A DNA stretch of 36,214 bases from a virus. Its lineage: Duplodnaviria > Heunggongvirae > Uroviricota > Caudoviricetes. The notes below the pieces were generated by a model. That model had not been told where the DNA came from. It saw only the letters and a program-made list of their open reading frames with translations, and searched no databases. The translations under genes were made by a program, and so were the position numbers. The stretch is from IMG/VR virus record IMGVR_UViG_2541047804_000005. One strand, given 5' to 3'. Shown piece by piece: positions 8,575 through 19,939 of the stretch; position 1 is the stretch's first letter; each line of letters begins with the position of its first letter.

Positions 8575-10533
8575 TTACGCCGTACATTTCACCAGACCGC
8601 GGTGATCAACTGGCGCGACACCGGCGTCAATACGCACTTTCGTTGTCACGCCATCCACACTGAAGCCCTCCATCTGATCAATATATGGCGTATCCACACC
8701 GTTGAGATAAGCCACTTCAATCGTATCGGAGCCTTTTGACGCAGCCAGGTAGAAGGTGGTCTGGCTGTTATCATCAAGACGAGGCTCTGCAATAACGGTC
8801 GCAAAATCTTTCACCGGGTTAATAATACCGGCGTTAATGTCAGCCCCCTTGACACTTGAGGAGCGAATGACCTGGTTAGCAACAGACTCCATCGCCGTCG
8901 GTACCAGTACGAACGCAGGACGAATATTCAGATGACGCTCCCCCTCTTTCTGAACGCGCATCAACTGGCGGGCTTTATCCAGCGATGCCACGTCCATTGC
9001 AGCGCTCTCCAGTACGTTTGCATGTTTCGCTTTATCGAACAGACTTACATTATCTGTGGAGATTTTCGGGTTAGACGTCAGAATGGCATAAACCAGATCG
9101 GCAATAGTGGATTTCGCCGCACGGCCCAGTTTCATCGGGACATCGGTCAGCATATTCAGATCATCATTGATAATGGCCTGACGGGTGATACTGAACAGCT
9201 CGCCATAGGTCGCCAGTGCAATAGTGGCCTGTTTATCTCCGGTGGTGACGTATTTATATTCCGCCCCTTCACGCACCTGACGTAGAGCACTGAAGCCCCC
9301 CATACCCACACGATGGGCAATTTTAAAATCAGACAACTGACCTTTCCGCGTCCACTGTTCATAGGTTTCAGGGGCATCTTCCCAGCCCTGCAGAATGGCT
9401 TTGTTCGCAACATCCAGCAGAATATTACCGAAGTCAGACGTACTGTGTGTGAACGCCGCACCGACCATCTGCATCGGGTTATAACCGGAAACCCCAATAC
9501 CCCGTTCAGTTAGTGACATACGGGCATATTCACGCAGGGTCATCCCGTTGTAGACATTATCACGTTCGGTTTTTTCAAATCCGGCACGCGCCATCAGCGC
9601 CTGGCGAATCCCGTCCCCCACAAAATTACCGTTACCGGCATAAATATGAGCCGGGGTATTTTTATTGGATGGCGTGGACTCGCGCCCCATCTCGTTCAAC
9701 AGCTTTTCACGGGCCTGCTCCAGCGAACATTCAGGATCGGCAAGACACTGGGCCTGCAGCGTCTGATAACGCCCGCCAAACATGGCAAACAGATCATTAA
9801 TACCGTTTACACGCGCTTTTTGCTCTGCCAGTACCTGCGCACGGATACTGTTTTCATCCACCACGGGTGCTGCTGCCTGCACTGGCGTCCGGGAGGCTGC
9901 AGGTTCATCATCCTGTACGCGTGGAGCACTGTTGCGTGGCGGAGTAATCATGTTTCGAATGGATTCCGGCATCTTTTTAAATTCCTCTGTACGTTTTGAC
10001 TGAATACATGCCATTGCCTTAACGGCTGGTGTCACCTGATCAGCAAATCCCTGTGCCAGACATTCGGCACCGGACATCCAGGTCTCATCCGCCAGCATGG
10101 CAGCAATTTCATCGGTGGTTTTCCCGGTTTTCTGTGCATAAGCGGGTAACAGAACCGCCTCAACTTTATCGAGCAGGTCGGCATAGGTGCGCATGTCCTC
10201 CGCATCACCGCCCGTAAAGCCAAATGGTTTATGAATCATCATGAAGGAGTTTTCCGGCATAATGACCGGGTTTCCCACCATCGCAATGACCGACGCCATT
10301 GACGCCGCCACACCGTCGACATAAACGGTAATGGACGCACCATGTGTTTTCAGTGCATTAAAAATGGCGATGCCTTCAAAGACATCGCCACCCGGTGAAT
10401 TAATATGGAGATTAATGTGGGTGATATCGCCCAGTGCATTCAGATCACTGATAAACTGCTTCGCTGTAACACCCCAGAAACCAATCTCGTCATAAATATA
10501 AATATCCGCGTCACTCTGGTGACCTGCCTGCAT
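8575..10533 (-). CDS. Prohead protease (ClpP/S14 family) fused to HK97-fold major capsid protein
   Basis: N-terminal part carries ClpP-like motifs (INSPGG, catalytic Ser region in DGVAASMASVIAM, HKP); C-terminal roughly 400 aa reads as an HK97-type capsid protein. Start placed at ATG 10531-10533 (MQAGHQSDADIYIYDE), just past the portal stop, rather than the track start at 10794. Confidence 0.8.
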   Translation of the reverse strand: MQAGHQSDADIYIYDEIGFWGVTAKQFISDLNALGDITHINLHINSPGGDVFEGIAIFNALKTHGASITVYVDGVAASMASVIAMVGNPVIMPENSFMMIHKPFGFTGGDAEDMRTYADLLDKVEAVLLPAYAQKTGKTTDEIAAMLADETWMSGAECLAQGFADQVTPAVKAMACIQSKRTEEFKKMPESIRNMITPPRNSAPRVQDDEPAASRTPVQAAAPVVDENSIRAQVLAEQKARVNGINDLFAMFGGRYQTLQAQCLADPECSLEQAREKLLNEMGRESTPSNKNTPAHIYAGNGNFVGDGIRQALMARAGFEKTERDNVYNGMTLREYARMSLTERGIGVSGYNPMQMVGAAFTHSTSDFGNILLDVANKAILQGWEDAPETYEQWTRKGQLSDFKIAHRVGMGGFSALRQVREGAEYKYVTTGDKQATIALATYGELFSITRQAIINDDLNMLTDVPMKLGRAAKSTIADLVYAILTSNPKISTDNVSLFDKAKHANVLESAAMDVASLDKARQLMRVQKEGERHLNIRPAFVLVPTAMESVANQVIRSSSVKGADINAGIINPVKDFATVIAEPRLDDNSQTTFYLAASKGSDTIEVAYLNGVDTPYIDQMEGFSVDGVTTKVRIDAGVAPVDHRGLVKCTA

Positions 10534-10546
10534 CCTGAACCAGGAA

Positions 10547-12055
10547 TTATTCTTCGGACTGGTCGTCGGTGTGCTGCGGCTCCTGTCGTTTCGTTGCGGC
10601 ACTGCTGCCTCCTTTATCACTGGCCGGATCGGTATCAAATACCAGATCCAGCTTGCGGTTTTCATCAATTTCGGCCTTGCGCCGACGTTTGACATCATCC
10701 GGATTACGACCACCTGCACGTACCCAGTCTGATTCTGTCGCCGCTCCACCACGAATCTGAATTTTCCAGGCCTCAGCCTCCTTAACAGGGTCAATCCACG
10801 GCATCACCGGTCCGGAATACACCGCGGTATACAGTGAAGAACGATCAAGATCGCGGGGTAGCCTGATAACACCGGATGCCACAGCCTGTTTCAGCCAGGC
10901 ACGATACATCGGGCGGGTGACGGCACCAATAAACCAGTCCTGCAGGATCAGGTAGCCATCAGTGGATTCAACCAGCTCCTGACGCTGGGCGCTGTAAGTG
11001 CCGTTATAGTTGCGTGCCGTACTGGAAAAACTCAGACGACTGCCCGCCGCCACGGCACGCAACTGACCATTACGAAAAGTTTCAAGGTTAGGATTGGGAC
11101 GATCCGACTTCACCATTCCGATTTCTTCGCCGGGTTTCAGATCGTCGTAAATAATGCCTGGCTGAATGGTAAGCTCGCGTTCATTCTCCTTGCTGCCATT
11201 ACCATCCGGTTCATAGCTCTGCCCGTCGCCTTTCCGGATGTACATCCCCAGAGCAGCGGCGATCCTTGCTGCAGTCAGCTCAGAATCTTCATACTCTTTC
11301 AGGGCACTGAGGCGGATCAGCACACCGGACAACAAAGACGTCCCGCGCATCTGGTGCAGACGGCGAACAAATTTAAGATGCAGCATTCGCTCTGCATCCA
11401 CTTCTTTGGTTTCCATCTGCCGCCCGGATACGGGACGGCTTTTATACACCAGATATTTTTCGGGACGCCCCCAGTCATCAACAAACACGCCCTGATTCAG
11501 CCTGTTGCTCTCATCACTGGTCATGGGAATAAAGTCCGGCTCGAGCGCCTCCAGCCAGAAATGAACACCGGCAGAAGGCGTCAGGCTGTTTATGCGCCCG
11601 GAAACCATCTGGGCAAACACCTCACCATCGCGCAGCCAGGTACGCAGCATCAGACGTTCCAGCATCGGACGGGTAAACTGCCCGGTGACTTCCGGACTGA
11701 CAGACCATTCACTCCATCGGGTGCGTATCTCCGCTGCCAGATCACGGGCAATGGCCCCATTGCGTAATACCGGATGTGGCTCGACAATAATCCCGTTTTT
11801 CCCCACCACCCGTTCTTCCAGCTTGTCAAATACACCAATAACCAGATCGTGGTTGTTATCAAGGTAACGGGCCTGCTCACGTAACGACACGGCCCCGTAC
11901 TGGCTTAACTGGTCGGCAGTTCGGTTTTCCCGCCGGGCTTTGTGTGTCCGTGTCGTTTTTACGGCCTCATAAGCCTGGATCACCGCACGGGAACGCAGCC
12001 TTGCCGCTTTCCATCCTGGTGAAAAAACGCCAATCACATCATCAAGAATTGCCAT
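10547..12055 (-). CDS. Portal protein (lambda gpB family)
   Basis: About 500-aa ORF after W and before the protease-capsid gene, with acidic C-terminus. Start set at the ATG overlapping the W stop (TGATG), giving MAILDD... Confidence 0.8.
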   Translation of the reverse strand: MAILDDVIGVFSPGWKAARLRSRAVIQAYEAVKTTRTHKARRENRTADQLSQYGAVSLREQARYLDNNHDLVIGVFDKLEERVVGKNGIIVEPHPVLRNGAIARDLAAEIRTRWSEWSVSPEVTGQFTRPMLERLMLRTWLRDGEVFAQMVSGRINSLTPSAGVHFWLEALEPDFIPMTSDESNRLNQGVFVDDWGRPEKYLVYKSRPVSGRQMETKEVDAERMLHLKFVRRLHQMRGTSLLSGVLIRLSALKEYEDSELTAARIAAALGMYIRKGDGQSYEPDGNGSKENERELTIQPGIIYDDLKPGEEIGMVKSDRPNPNLETFRNGQLRAVAAGSRLSFSSTARNYNGTYSAQRQELVESTDGYLILQDWFIGAVTRPMYRAWLKQAVASGVIRLPRDLDRSSLYTAVYSGPVMPWIDPVKEAEAWKIQIRGGAATESDWVRAGGRNPDDVKRRRKAEIDENRKLDLVFDTDPASDKGGSSAATKRQEPQHTDDQSEE

Positions 12056-12273
12056 CAGAACCTCGCCAGCCGGTACCCGGGATGCCCCCGTCGTCGTGTA
12101 ATCAGAGCCGCAAGGCGGCGCTCCCACTCCTGCCGTCCCTGCCGGATCTCAGATAAGTTTTCCATGGTCATCTGCTGACCATTAAAGGTGACGGATTTTC
12201 CGTCCAGCACCGCCATTTCAGCTTCCGTATAACGCTGAATCATGGCTTCGATATCATTCTGGTTCATAACCAT
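12055..12273 (-). CDS. Head-tail joining protein, lambda gpW-like
   Basis: 72-aa ORF between terminase and portal; C-terminal ITRRRGHPGY resembles the lambda W C-terminus (TQRRRGPAGF) as remembered. Confidence 0.65.
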   Translation of the reverse strand: MVMNQNDIEAMIQRYTEAEMAVLDGKSVTFNGQQMTMENLSEIRQGRQEWERRLAALITRRRGHPGYRLARF

Positions 12274-14366
12274 CCTCCGGAAGTCAGCCAGGGGTTAACA
12301 TCGTCAGTTACTGTTTTCTTCCGTTTTTGTTTTTTAACAGGCGTGGATACCGGTTCCGGTGTGGGTGACGGTTCGGTACTGTCCGGGACACACTCCAGCC
12401 AGGTTTCCCGGCTCGCCCACTCCGGTGCATCCGGCCAGCGGATCTTTTCGTATCCATGCAGAATGACCAGAGCCTCGGCATACACCATCAGGTCAAAAGC
12501 TTCGTTGGCACCGCGACCCGGCTTACTCCATTTCCCGTCACTGCTCCGCTCTTCATACGTCAGTTCGTCGTAAAACCAGCTCCCCAGCCAGTCAGGGAAA
12601 TGCACATAGCCGGGACCTGGCGAGTCACGCCATAACGCGTTATTCACCCGGTCTTTCAGGGCATCCGTCTGAAGAAGCCAGAGCGGCACATCACCTGCGG
12701 CCTGCGCCCGGCGGCCCGTTCGTCCGGTGTTATCAGGGAATGTACGGCTGATCAGTTTTGCGCGCCGGATGCTGTCACCCTTAAACAGGTAAATACGTTT
12801 ACCAAGGCCATCACGACGGCAACGACGCCAGAATTTATAGGCATTATCAGTGACCCCGTCTTCACCGCCGGAGTCCACCGCCATTGCCATCAGTCGCATT
12901 TGTTGAGAAGGATCGGAGGCCAGCGGCCAGCTTTTATGAAAAACATCCGTCAGCAGGACATCCCAGTCTTCCGGATAGCTGGCCGGATCAATTCGCTGGC
13001 TCTCCCCGTCGCTGTCACCGCGCAATGACTGCGTGATGTTGTAACGATCAATAATCCAGCGTTCGCCACGGCTGCCATAGCCCGTTACCTGAACCACAAA
13101 ACGGCGATGACGTCCCGCCTGCACATCCACTGTCGCCACAAGGAAATTAACGCCATCCGGCACACTGCGGGAAGGAACTGGCTCTGCCCGCTGCTCAAGC
13201 AATTCACTTTTTCGTTGCTCCATGCTGGCGCGGGGAAGATAAGGTAATCCCCAGTCGGTATTGATAACCGTCTTGAGTGTCTCTTCACTTCCGGTTGTCT
13301 CGTATTCCTGTTCTGCAGTAAGCAGTTTGTAAACGAGTTGCGAGAGTGTCTGATAAGCAGCTGCCGGACCCTCCATCCAGAATGACGCAATACGTGAACG
13401 CCGGGGATCACCATAACGACTGCCATCTGCATTGATGGATTCACCATCCCGTAACCAGACCCCACGTCCGTTCAGCTCGCGTTTTTGTTCAGGCAAAATC
13501 CGTCCTGAACAGGAAGGACACTGAATATAAGCCGCCTCACTTGCCAGCACAGGATCGGCAATATCACGGAAACCAGCAACCACATCGCCGCAGGGCTGAA
13601 AATACTCACCACAGTGTGGACAGGGCCAGTACCAGCGACGGCGATCGCCACGGTTATAGAGCGACAGGATCCCCGTGGTTGGTGGAGCCTCATGCGGTGA
13701 AGTCCGTCGCCATTTCACATCCTTCACATCCCTGCCGGGGGAACTCTCCACCAGCGTCATACCACTGGACATAAATGTGGTGGTACGTTTTGAGGCAAGA
13801 GAGAAGGCATCCCCCTCACCATCAATATCTTCCGGAAAACGGTCATAATCCGTCAGCGCCACGCATTTATAATCTGATGAAGACATGATATTGACTGACG
13901 GCCAGCCGATTTTCAGGTAGTTGCCAGCAAGGAATGTTCTGTCATAAACGTTGTTGTCATTTTTGTTCGGACTCAGGCGACTGACCACTTCCGGGCTGAC
14001 GCGAAACGTTCTGGCGAGTCGTTTTTTGGAGTGTTCGCGGGCTTTTTCCTCCGTCATCTGAATGATCAGCATATCAGCAGGATCGCAAATCACGTTGTAA
14101 ATCACCCAGCCGTCAATCAGGCCGATAGTCTTGCCGGTTCGTGCCGGGCCAACAAATATCACTGCGTCGTATTCACGCGAGGCCAGGCAGTTCATAGGCT
14201 CAATAACATACGGTGCCACCAGCGGATCCCACGGGACTGAGTTCCCTGCCCCCATAGGCACCCGCATATACTGAGCAACGGCATCAGCAACCCGCATTCG
14301 TCTCGGTGCGCGAAGGATATAACCTGAATCGGTTCGTGCTGCCTTTGCGGTTTCCTGATTCAGCAT
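12264..14366 (-). CDS. Terminase large subunit (GpA family)
   Basis: 700-aa ORF with Walker A motif GPARTGKT near the N-terminus and a zinc-ribbon-like CPHCGEY motif, following the small terminase gene. Confidence 0.9.
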   Translation of the reverse strand: MLNQETAKAARTDSGYILRAPRRMRVADAVAQYMRVPMGAGNSVPWDPLVAPYVIEPMNCLASREYDAVIFVGPARTGKTIGLIDGWVIYNVICDPADMLIIQMTEEKAREHSKKRLARTFRVSPEVVSRLSPNKNDNNVYDRTFLAGNYLKIGWPSVNIMSSSDYKCVALTDYDRFPEDIDGEGDAFSLASKRTTTFMSSGMTLVESSPGRDVKDVKWRRTSPHEAPPTTGILSLYNRGDRRRWYWPCPHCGEYFQPCGDVVAGFRDIADPVLASEAAYIQCPSCSGRILPEQKRELNGRGVWLRDGESINADGSRYGDPRRSRIASFWMEGPAAAYQTLSQLVYKLLTAEQEYETTGSEETLKTVINTDWGLPYLPRASMEQRKSELLEQRAEPVPSRSVPDGVNFLVATVDVQAGRHRRFVVQVTGYGSRGERWIIDRYNITQSLRGDSDGESQRIDPASYPEDWDVLLTDVFHKSWPLASDPSQQMRLMAMAVDSGGEDGVTDNAYKFWRRCRRDGLGKRIYLFKGDSIRRAKLISRTFPDNTGRTGRRAQAAGDVPLWLLQTDALKDRVNNALWRDSPGPGYVHFPDWLGSWFYDELTYEERSSDGKWSKPGRGANEAFDLMVYAEALVILHGYEKIRWPDAPEWASRETWLECVPDSTEPSPTPEPVSTPVKKQKRKKTVTDDVNPWLTSGGWL

Positions 14367-14860
14367 TACTCCTCCTGCTGTAATTCCTCCTCATCATCCG
14401 CACCTGCTTCAGTCACCCGCAGGGCTATCTGATCGCGCAGATCATCAATAATGGACTGAACACGGCTCACAGCGGCAGGCTGCAGACCGCAGTCACGTTC
14501 AAGAATATCCGGTAATGTCTCCAGCACCTGCACGACCGCTTTTGCCCAGATGGCAAACTCCCGTCTGACATCACTGGCCGGAATGAGTTGTGCCGTTTCC
14601 TGTTCGAACTTAAGACGCTCACGTTCAGACTGATACCAGGCTTTGCGCTCATGCGCGTCCATTTCGCCTTCTGCAACCGGCGGTGGTAATGCCAGAAATG
14701 CCGACACAATATCAACCACCCGATAAAGCTTGAGGTTGCTTTCATGCCCCCCTGCAACGGGTAGATTTTGCAGCCTTGCCGCAGCAGTCTGGCGATGTAC
14801 ACCTGACAATGCCGCCAGTTGACTGATATTCAGCGTCAGATTTTTTAACTCTCGATCCAT
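14366..14860 (-). CDS. Terminase small subunit (lambda Nu1-like)
   Basis: 164-aa ORF with N-terminal HTH (LNISQLAALSGVHRQTAAARL), acidic C-terminus, GGAG ribosome binding site, immediately downstream of the cos-like region and upstream of the large terminase. Confidence 0.75.
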   Translation of the reverse strand: MDRELKNLTLNISQLAALSGVHRQTAAARLQNLPVAGGHESNLKLYRVVDIVSAFLALPPPVAEGEMDAHERKAWYQSERERLKFEQETAQLIPASDVRREFAIWAKAVVQVLETLPDILERDCGLQPAAVSRVQSIIDDLRDQIALRVTEAGADDEEELQQEE

Positions 14861-15030
14861 ACCCGCTCCAGAATGTTTTAAACATGCATCTTGCGAACAA
14901 CTTTAGGCAAACGGTGTTAGTGATGAACAAAAAACAATCAGAATCGACACCATAAAAATAAATCCACTGTAATATCAATCAATTACAGTAGTGGTGATGA
15001 CGAATAAAATTTCAAAAACTAGCCTTTTTC

Positions 15031-15050
15031 CGCGACGCTCCCGCCCCGTG
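15031..15050 (-). other. Candidate cos site (cosN cohesive-end region)
   Basis: Reverse complement reads CACG GGGCGGGAGCGT CGCGG, matching the lambda cohesive end GGGCGGCGACCT CGCGGG at 9 of 12 positions, about 175 bp upstream of the small terminase start as in lambda. Confidence 0.55.
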
Positions 15051-15234
15051 GCAGGGGCCCCCACCGGGAGGACCCGACAGCCTGACAGCCTGACAGCCGT
15101 GACGAGCATCTGATACAGCGCTTTACATAATGGCATAGGAATAATTCAGAAGGACATCACAGCATGCCCACACAAATTAGTGTGAGTGTCCTGTTTCTTC
15201 CTACGCACAGGACTGACGAGCATGAGGGGAAAAT

Positions 15235-15402
15235 ATGCGAACCATAAATGCCTCATCTTCAGCAATGCAGCCGGCATCCGAACAGGACGATATTGTAAAT
15301 TCACCTAATTACGAGGACATTGCAGTAGTTGAATTGCAGCTCTGTATTAGCCTGACAGTGACAGAATGCGATATTGACTCTGTCACAGGTGAAATAGTTT
15401 GA
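15235..15402 (+). CDS. Small hypothetical protein (55 aa)
   Basis: ATG at 15235 preceded by GAGGGGA at suitable spacing; ORF MRTINASSSAMQPASEQDD...GEIV ends at TGA 15400-15402. No family recognised. Confidence 0.3.
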   Translation: MRTINASSSAMQPASEQDDIVNSPNYEDIAVVELQLCISLTVTECDIDSVTGEIV

Positions 15403-15422
15403 ATGATTAGCAGTTATGGTGC

Positions 15423-15629
15423 TCAGTCAACCACCAGGGAATAATCCTTCGAATTCTTATCGTGCTTCACCAACGCTGCCTCAATTGCCCTGAATGCTTC
15501 CAGAGACACCTGATGTTCTATACATGCAATTACAACATCCGGGTAACTCATAGAAATGGTGCTATTAAGCATATTTTTTACACGAATCAGATCCAACGAG
15601 AGTTCATCAGCAGATTGTTCTTTATTCAT
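15423..15629 (-). CDS. Hypothetical protein (68 aa)
   Basis: ORF with GGAG about 8 nt upstream of the ATG; no family recognised. Confidence 0.3.
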   Translation of the reverse strand: MNKEQSADELSLDLIRVKNMLNSTISMSYPDVVIACIEHQVSLEAFRAIEAALVKHDKNSKDYSLVVD

Positions 15630-15929
15630 TTTGTCGCTCCATGCGTTTGCTCGTCATCTAGCGGTTAAAATATTACTTCAAATCTTACTGCATAAAAGAG
15701 GAAAAGTATGAAAGTTTGAGTACATCGACCTTACATACATCTGTCGGTTGCATATCCCTCCTGGATGCCAGCAAGGCTCAATTTTGTTACGCAATCAACA
15801 CTATTCATTAAAAACAGGCTTAATATTTGACATAAATCATCAACAAAACACAAAGAGGTCAGACCAGATTAAAACAATAAACACGATAATGCAAACTACG
15901 CGCCATCGTATCACATGGAAGGTTTACCA

Positions 15930-16340
15930 ATGGCTCAGGCTGCCATTTTTAAAGAAATATTCGATCAAGTGCGTAAAGATTTAAACTGTGAATTATTTTA
16001 TTCTGAGCTAAAACGTCACAATATCTCACTTTATATTTACTATTTAGCCACAGATAATATTCACATTGTGTTAGAAAACGACAACATAGTGTTAGTAAAA
16101 GGACTCAAAAAGGTTGTAAATGTTAAATTCTCCAGAAACAAACATCTTATAGAGACCTCCTATAATAAGTTGAAATCAAAAGAAATCACATTTCAACAAT
16201 ACAGGGAAAATCTTGCTAAAGCAGGAGTTTTCCGATGGGTTACAAATATCCAGGAACACCAAAGATATTACTATGCCTTTGATAACTCATTACTATTTAC
16301 TGAAAGCATCCAGAAAACTACACAGATCTTACCACGCTAA
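15930..16340 (+). CDS. DUF1398-family protein (YdfO/YbcV-like)
   Basis: 136 aa from the second ATG (GGAAGG ribosome binding site upstream); position next to gnsB and cspI matches Qin-type cargo. Family assignment from memory only. Confidence 0.45.
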   Translation: MAQAAIFKEIFDQVRKDLNCELFYSELKRHNISLYIYYLATDNIHIVLENDNIVLVKGLKKVVNVKFSRNKHLIETSYNKLKSKEITFQQYRENLAKAGVFRWVTNIQEHQRYYYAFDNSLLFTESIQKTTQILPR

Positions 16341-16491
16341 ACCATAACGTCCGGCTTCTCTCACTCCTGAGCCGGACTGCATTGGTTTAATAAAAACCAT
16401 CAACAATTGTGATTTAGATATTCGGAACCATTCAAATATAACAAAACCCCGTAAAAACGAGGTTTATGGATAAATTTTATTATTGAATACA

Positions 16492-16668
16492 TCAGATTAA
16501 ATTAATCTTGACATCATAGCTTTCAAGACCCGTCATTTTTTCCCGTGCGGTAAACTGAATACTGGTAACTTCTTTCCCGGTCTTTTTCTTAAGTTCAATA
16601 ATTTTTTTTGTTATATATTCAGAAATATCTGCTTCTGCTTTTGTTTTTAAGTTTTCAATATTCATCAT
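16492..16668 (-). CDS. gnsB: GnsB-like small protein
   Basis: 58-aa ORF missed by the ORF track (below its length cutoff): MMNIENLKTKAEADISEYITKKIIELKKKTGKEVTSIQFTAREKMTGLESYDVKINLI, with AAGAGGAA ribosome binding site; matches GnsA/GnsB as remembered. Confidence 0.6.
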   Translation of the reverse strand: MMNIENLKTKAEADISEYITKKIIELKKKTGKEVTSIQFTAREKMTGLESYDVKINLI

Positions 16669-16836
16669 TTCCTCTTTTAGTCTGTTATGACTTTCCAGTT
16701 ACACAGTAAGTCGATTATATGGTGCAAACGTGTAAAAGATAAGATGAAACATCGCAATAATCAACATACGATAGTCTAAATTTTACACAAACAGACAAAG
16801 AGAATTTTCCTGAATTATCAATACAATAGCATCAAA

Positions 16837-17067
16837 TCAACTCAAGAGCCTTATTGCTGCTTCCAGAATTTCTTCTGAAGTAACATGTCGATCCGCGGCT
16901 ACATAAATGACTTTATGATCTCCGGTCAGAGATGGAAACCCTGCGGCCATTACAGTAAGGTGTGTTTTTTCGCCATTTGGATATTCACGCATGATGGTGT
17001 TAACTCCAGTCATCGCTGGCACTACCACTGCTGGTTCAGAGTTAAAAAAAACTATGATTTTTTTCAT
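16837..17067 (-). CDS. Hypothetical protein (76 aa)
   Basis: ORF from internal ATG at 17065-17067 (MKKIIVFFNSEP...); no family recognised. Confidence 0.3.
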   Translation of the reverse strand: MKKIIVFFNSEPAVVVPAMTGVNTIMREYPNGEKTHLTVMAAGFPSLTGDHKVIYVAADRHVTSEEILEAAIRLLS

Positions 17068-17338
17068 GATGTTACCGTAGTATGTGAGTATCCATCGAAT
17101 AGATACCAAGCAAAAAAGCTCCCGAAGGAGCCTTCATTTTCACTTTTTTAAATCCAACGACAGACGGCTGGCATTTAAGTATTGTGAAATATTATCAAAT
17201 GTAATCATCATTGATTTACAAAAGATACATTTTGCCCCGAAAGGATTCATGTCAGAAACATCAAAAGATGATGTTCTATACTGGGAACCATGACAACACG
17301 GGCATCTAAAGTGAATATGGTTTGTAATATTGTCTACC

Positions 17339-17551
17339 TCAAAGCGCCACTACATGAACAGCGGCAGGACCTTTAGGTCCGTTCTCAATACCAAATTCAA
17401 CTTCCTGATTCTCAGTTAATGTTTTGAAATCGTTGCTCTGAATTGCTGAGAAATGGACAAACACATCTTTGCTGCCATCTTTCGGCGTGATGAAACCAAA
17501 ACCTTTTTCAGGGTTAAACCATTTCACTAAACCAGTCATTTTGTTAGACAT
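17339..17551 (-). CDS. cspI: Cold shock protein, CspA family (CspI-like)
   Basis: 70-aa ORF with the cold-shock domain signature KWFN.EKGFGFI and VFVHFSAI (RNP1/RNP2 motifs); a long AT-rich upstream leader region follows on the minus strand. Confidence 0.8.
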   Translation of the reverse strand: MSNKMTGLVKWFNPEKGFGFITPKDGSKDVFVHFSAIQSNDFKTLTENQEVEFGIENGPKGPAAVHVVAL

Positions 17552-17914
17552 AATTATTACCTTTTGAAGAAATTAGCCCTTGGGCAGAATGGTCCGAAAA
17601 AAAATATCAGAGAGAAAAACCAACAAGGAAATCTCAAGAGGTACAAATAATAAAATTATAACAATGACTGCTTCAGATAAATTTGTAACAAACCAGAACA
17701 CCATTAACGCATGATTAACCACCCATAGCAAGGATTACTTTTGTAAAGAAAAACACAGCAATGAAAGAATAGCTTTATTTATTAATAATAACGTGTCATT
17801 CTGATTAAGACCTTTTATCTTACCCTTAAGATTTCAGGAATTTTGGCTCATGGAAGAGTCCTTTTTATTTAAATTTTACATTCCGCGATGTAAATGTTCC
17901 GATTTAATATTACC

Positions 17915-18938
<1,024 letters not shown>

Positions 18939-18942
<4 letters not shown>

Positions 18943-19226
18943 ATATATTTATGATGAGGACGCTCGTGCTTATTGGCAGGATTTTCAATCTTAAAGGAGT
19001 ACTGATGCTGCAGATAAGACTCAACTTTTTCTGACAATTTTTCTGCTACTTCCAGGAAGACTTGCCGGACGCTCCTTCTGGCTGCTGCCTCATAAAACTC
19101 CAGCGCAGCTCCTTCAACACGGTCCATGGCGACATCCAGGTCAAAAATTTCACCGTCAAAGCGTTCTTTGTCCTGTAAGGCTACAGTTACCGTAACTTTA
19201 TTCTCAAAATTACGGACTCCTTTCAC
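18939..19226 (-). CDS. YdfR-like protein (DUF1327) between holin and endolysin
   Basis: 95-aa soluble ORF in the position ydfR occupies between essQ and rrrQ in Qin; family assignment from gene order. Confidence 0.45.
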
Positions 19227-19254
19227 AACCAGTTCATAGTCTTGAGTCGTTGGA

Positions 19255-19470
19255 TTACTCTCCTCTCGCAGCCTTACGCCTGTCTTCTTTAATCTTGAAA
19301 TAAAGATTTGTCAGATACGTCAGCAGGCCAAAAACCAGGCTACCCAGCACACCGATTGCAGCCCACTGTGACGGAGTTACTTTATCGAGTAACTGCAATG
19401 CCCAGAAACCAGCATTACCCGCCGATGTGCCATAGGCAACACCTGTTGTTAACTTATCCATTGATTTCAT
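19255..19470 (-). CDS. Pinholin, phage 21 S-type
   Basis: 71 aa from [23 protein letters not shown]...[10 protein letters not shown]; near-identical to the S21 pinholin as remembered; dual-start MKSM motif; GAGG ribosome binding site upstream. Confidence 0.8.
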   Translation of the reverse strand: MKSMDKLTTGVAYGTSAGNAGFWALQLLDKVTPSQWAAIGVLGSLVFGLLTYLTNLYFKIKEDRRKAARGE

Positions 19471-19689
19471 ATCCTCACCCCGATGTACACGGATGGTGCA
19501 ATATGTTTGAAAAGATCGGAGTCTACGGGGTAGTTTTGACAGCACACGTTGTTCTCAACGGCGCTAAAAAAACATACACATTAAAAATGTGGGTAATTAT
19601 TTTGAAAGAAAGTCATATATAAAATAATAATACGAGAAATGTTTTCATATTTAGTGTACTGTATACGGCCATTTATACAGGAAAAGCCT

Positions 19690-19860
19690 ATGTCAGAACG
19701 TAAAAACTCAAAATCACGCCGTAATTATCTCGTTAAATGTTCCTGCCCAAACTGCACCCAAGAGTCAGAACACAGTTTTTCAAGAGTACAAAAAGGTGCC
19801 CTTTTGATCTGCCCTCATTGCAACAAAGTATTCCAGACAAATCTTAAAGCTGTAGCCTGA
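19690..19860 (+). CDS. YdfK/YnaE-like cold-shock-induced zinc-ribbon protein
   Basis: ORF from ATG 19690 (AGGAAAA upstream) with CxxC...CxxC (CSCPNC, CPHC) motif. Confidence 0.5.
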   Translation: MSERKNSKSRRNYLVKCSCPNCTQESEHSFSRVQKGALLICPHCNKVFQTNLKAVA

Positions 19861-19910
19861 TTGATTTTATTAGTAACAAGTATTTTTTATATTTTAATAA
19901 TATATTTAAA

Positions 19911-19939
19911 GCAGATAATAAAAAACCCGCCTGAGCGGG
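19911..19939 (-). terminator. Rho-independent terminator (minus-strand reading)
   Basis: CCCGC-CTGA-GCGGG hairpin at 19926-19939, followed on the minus strand by TTTTTTATT. Confidence 0.45.

Noticed and set aside
8575-10794. Track start of the protease-capsid ORF at 10794 (739 aa)
   Set aside because: That start lies about 250 nt inside the portal gene. The ATG at 10533, just after the portal stop, gives a plausible protease N-terminus (MQAGHQSDADIYIYDE).
14467-14978. ORFs 14467-14802 and 14742-14978 overlapping the small terminase gene and cos-proximal region
   Set aside because: Alternative frames of a region already explained by the Nu1-like gene and its upstream cos-binding region; no independent support.
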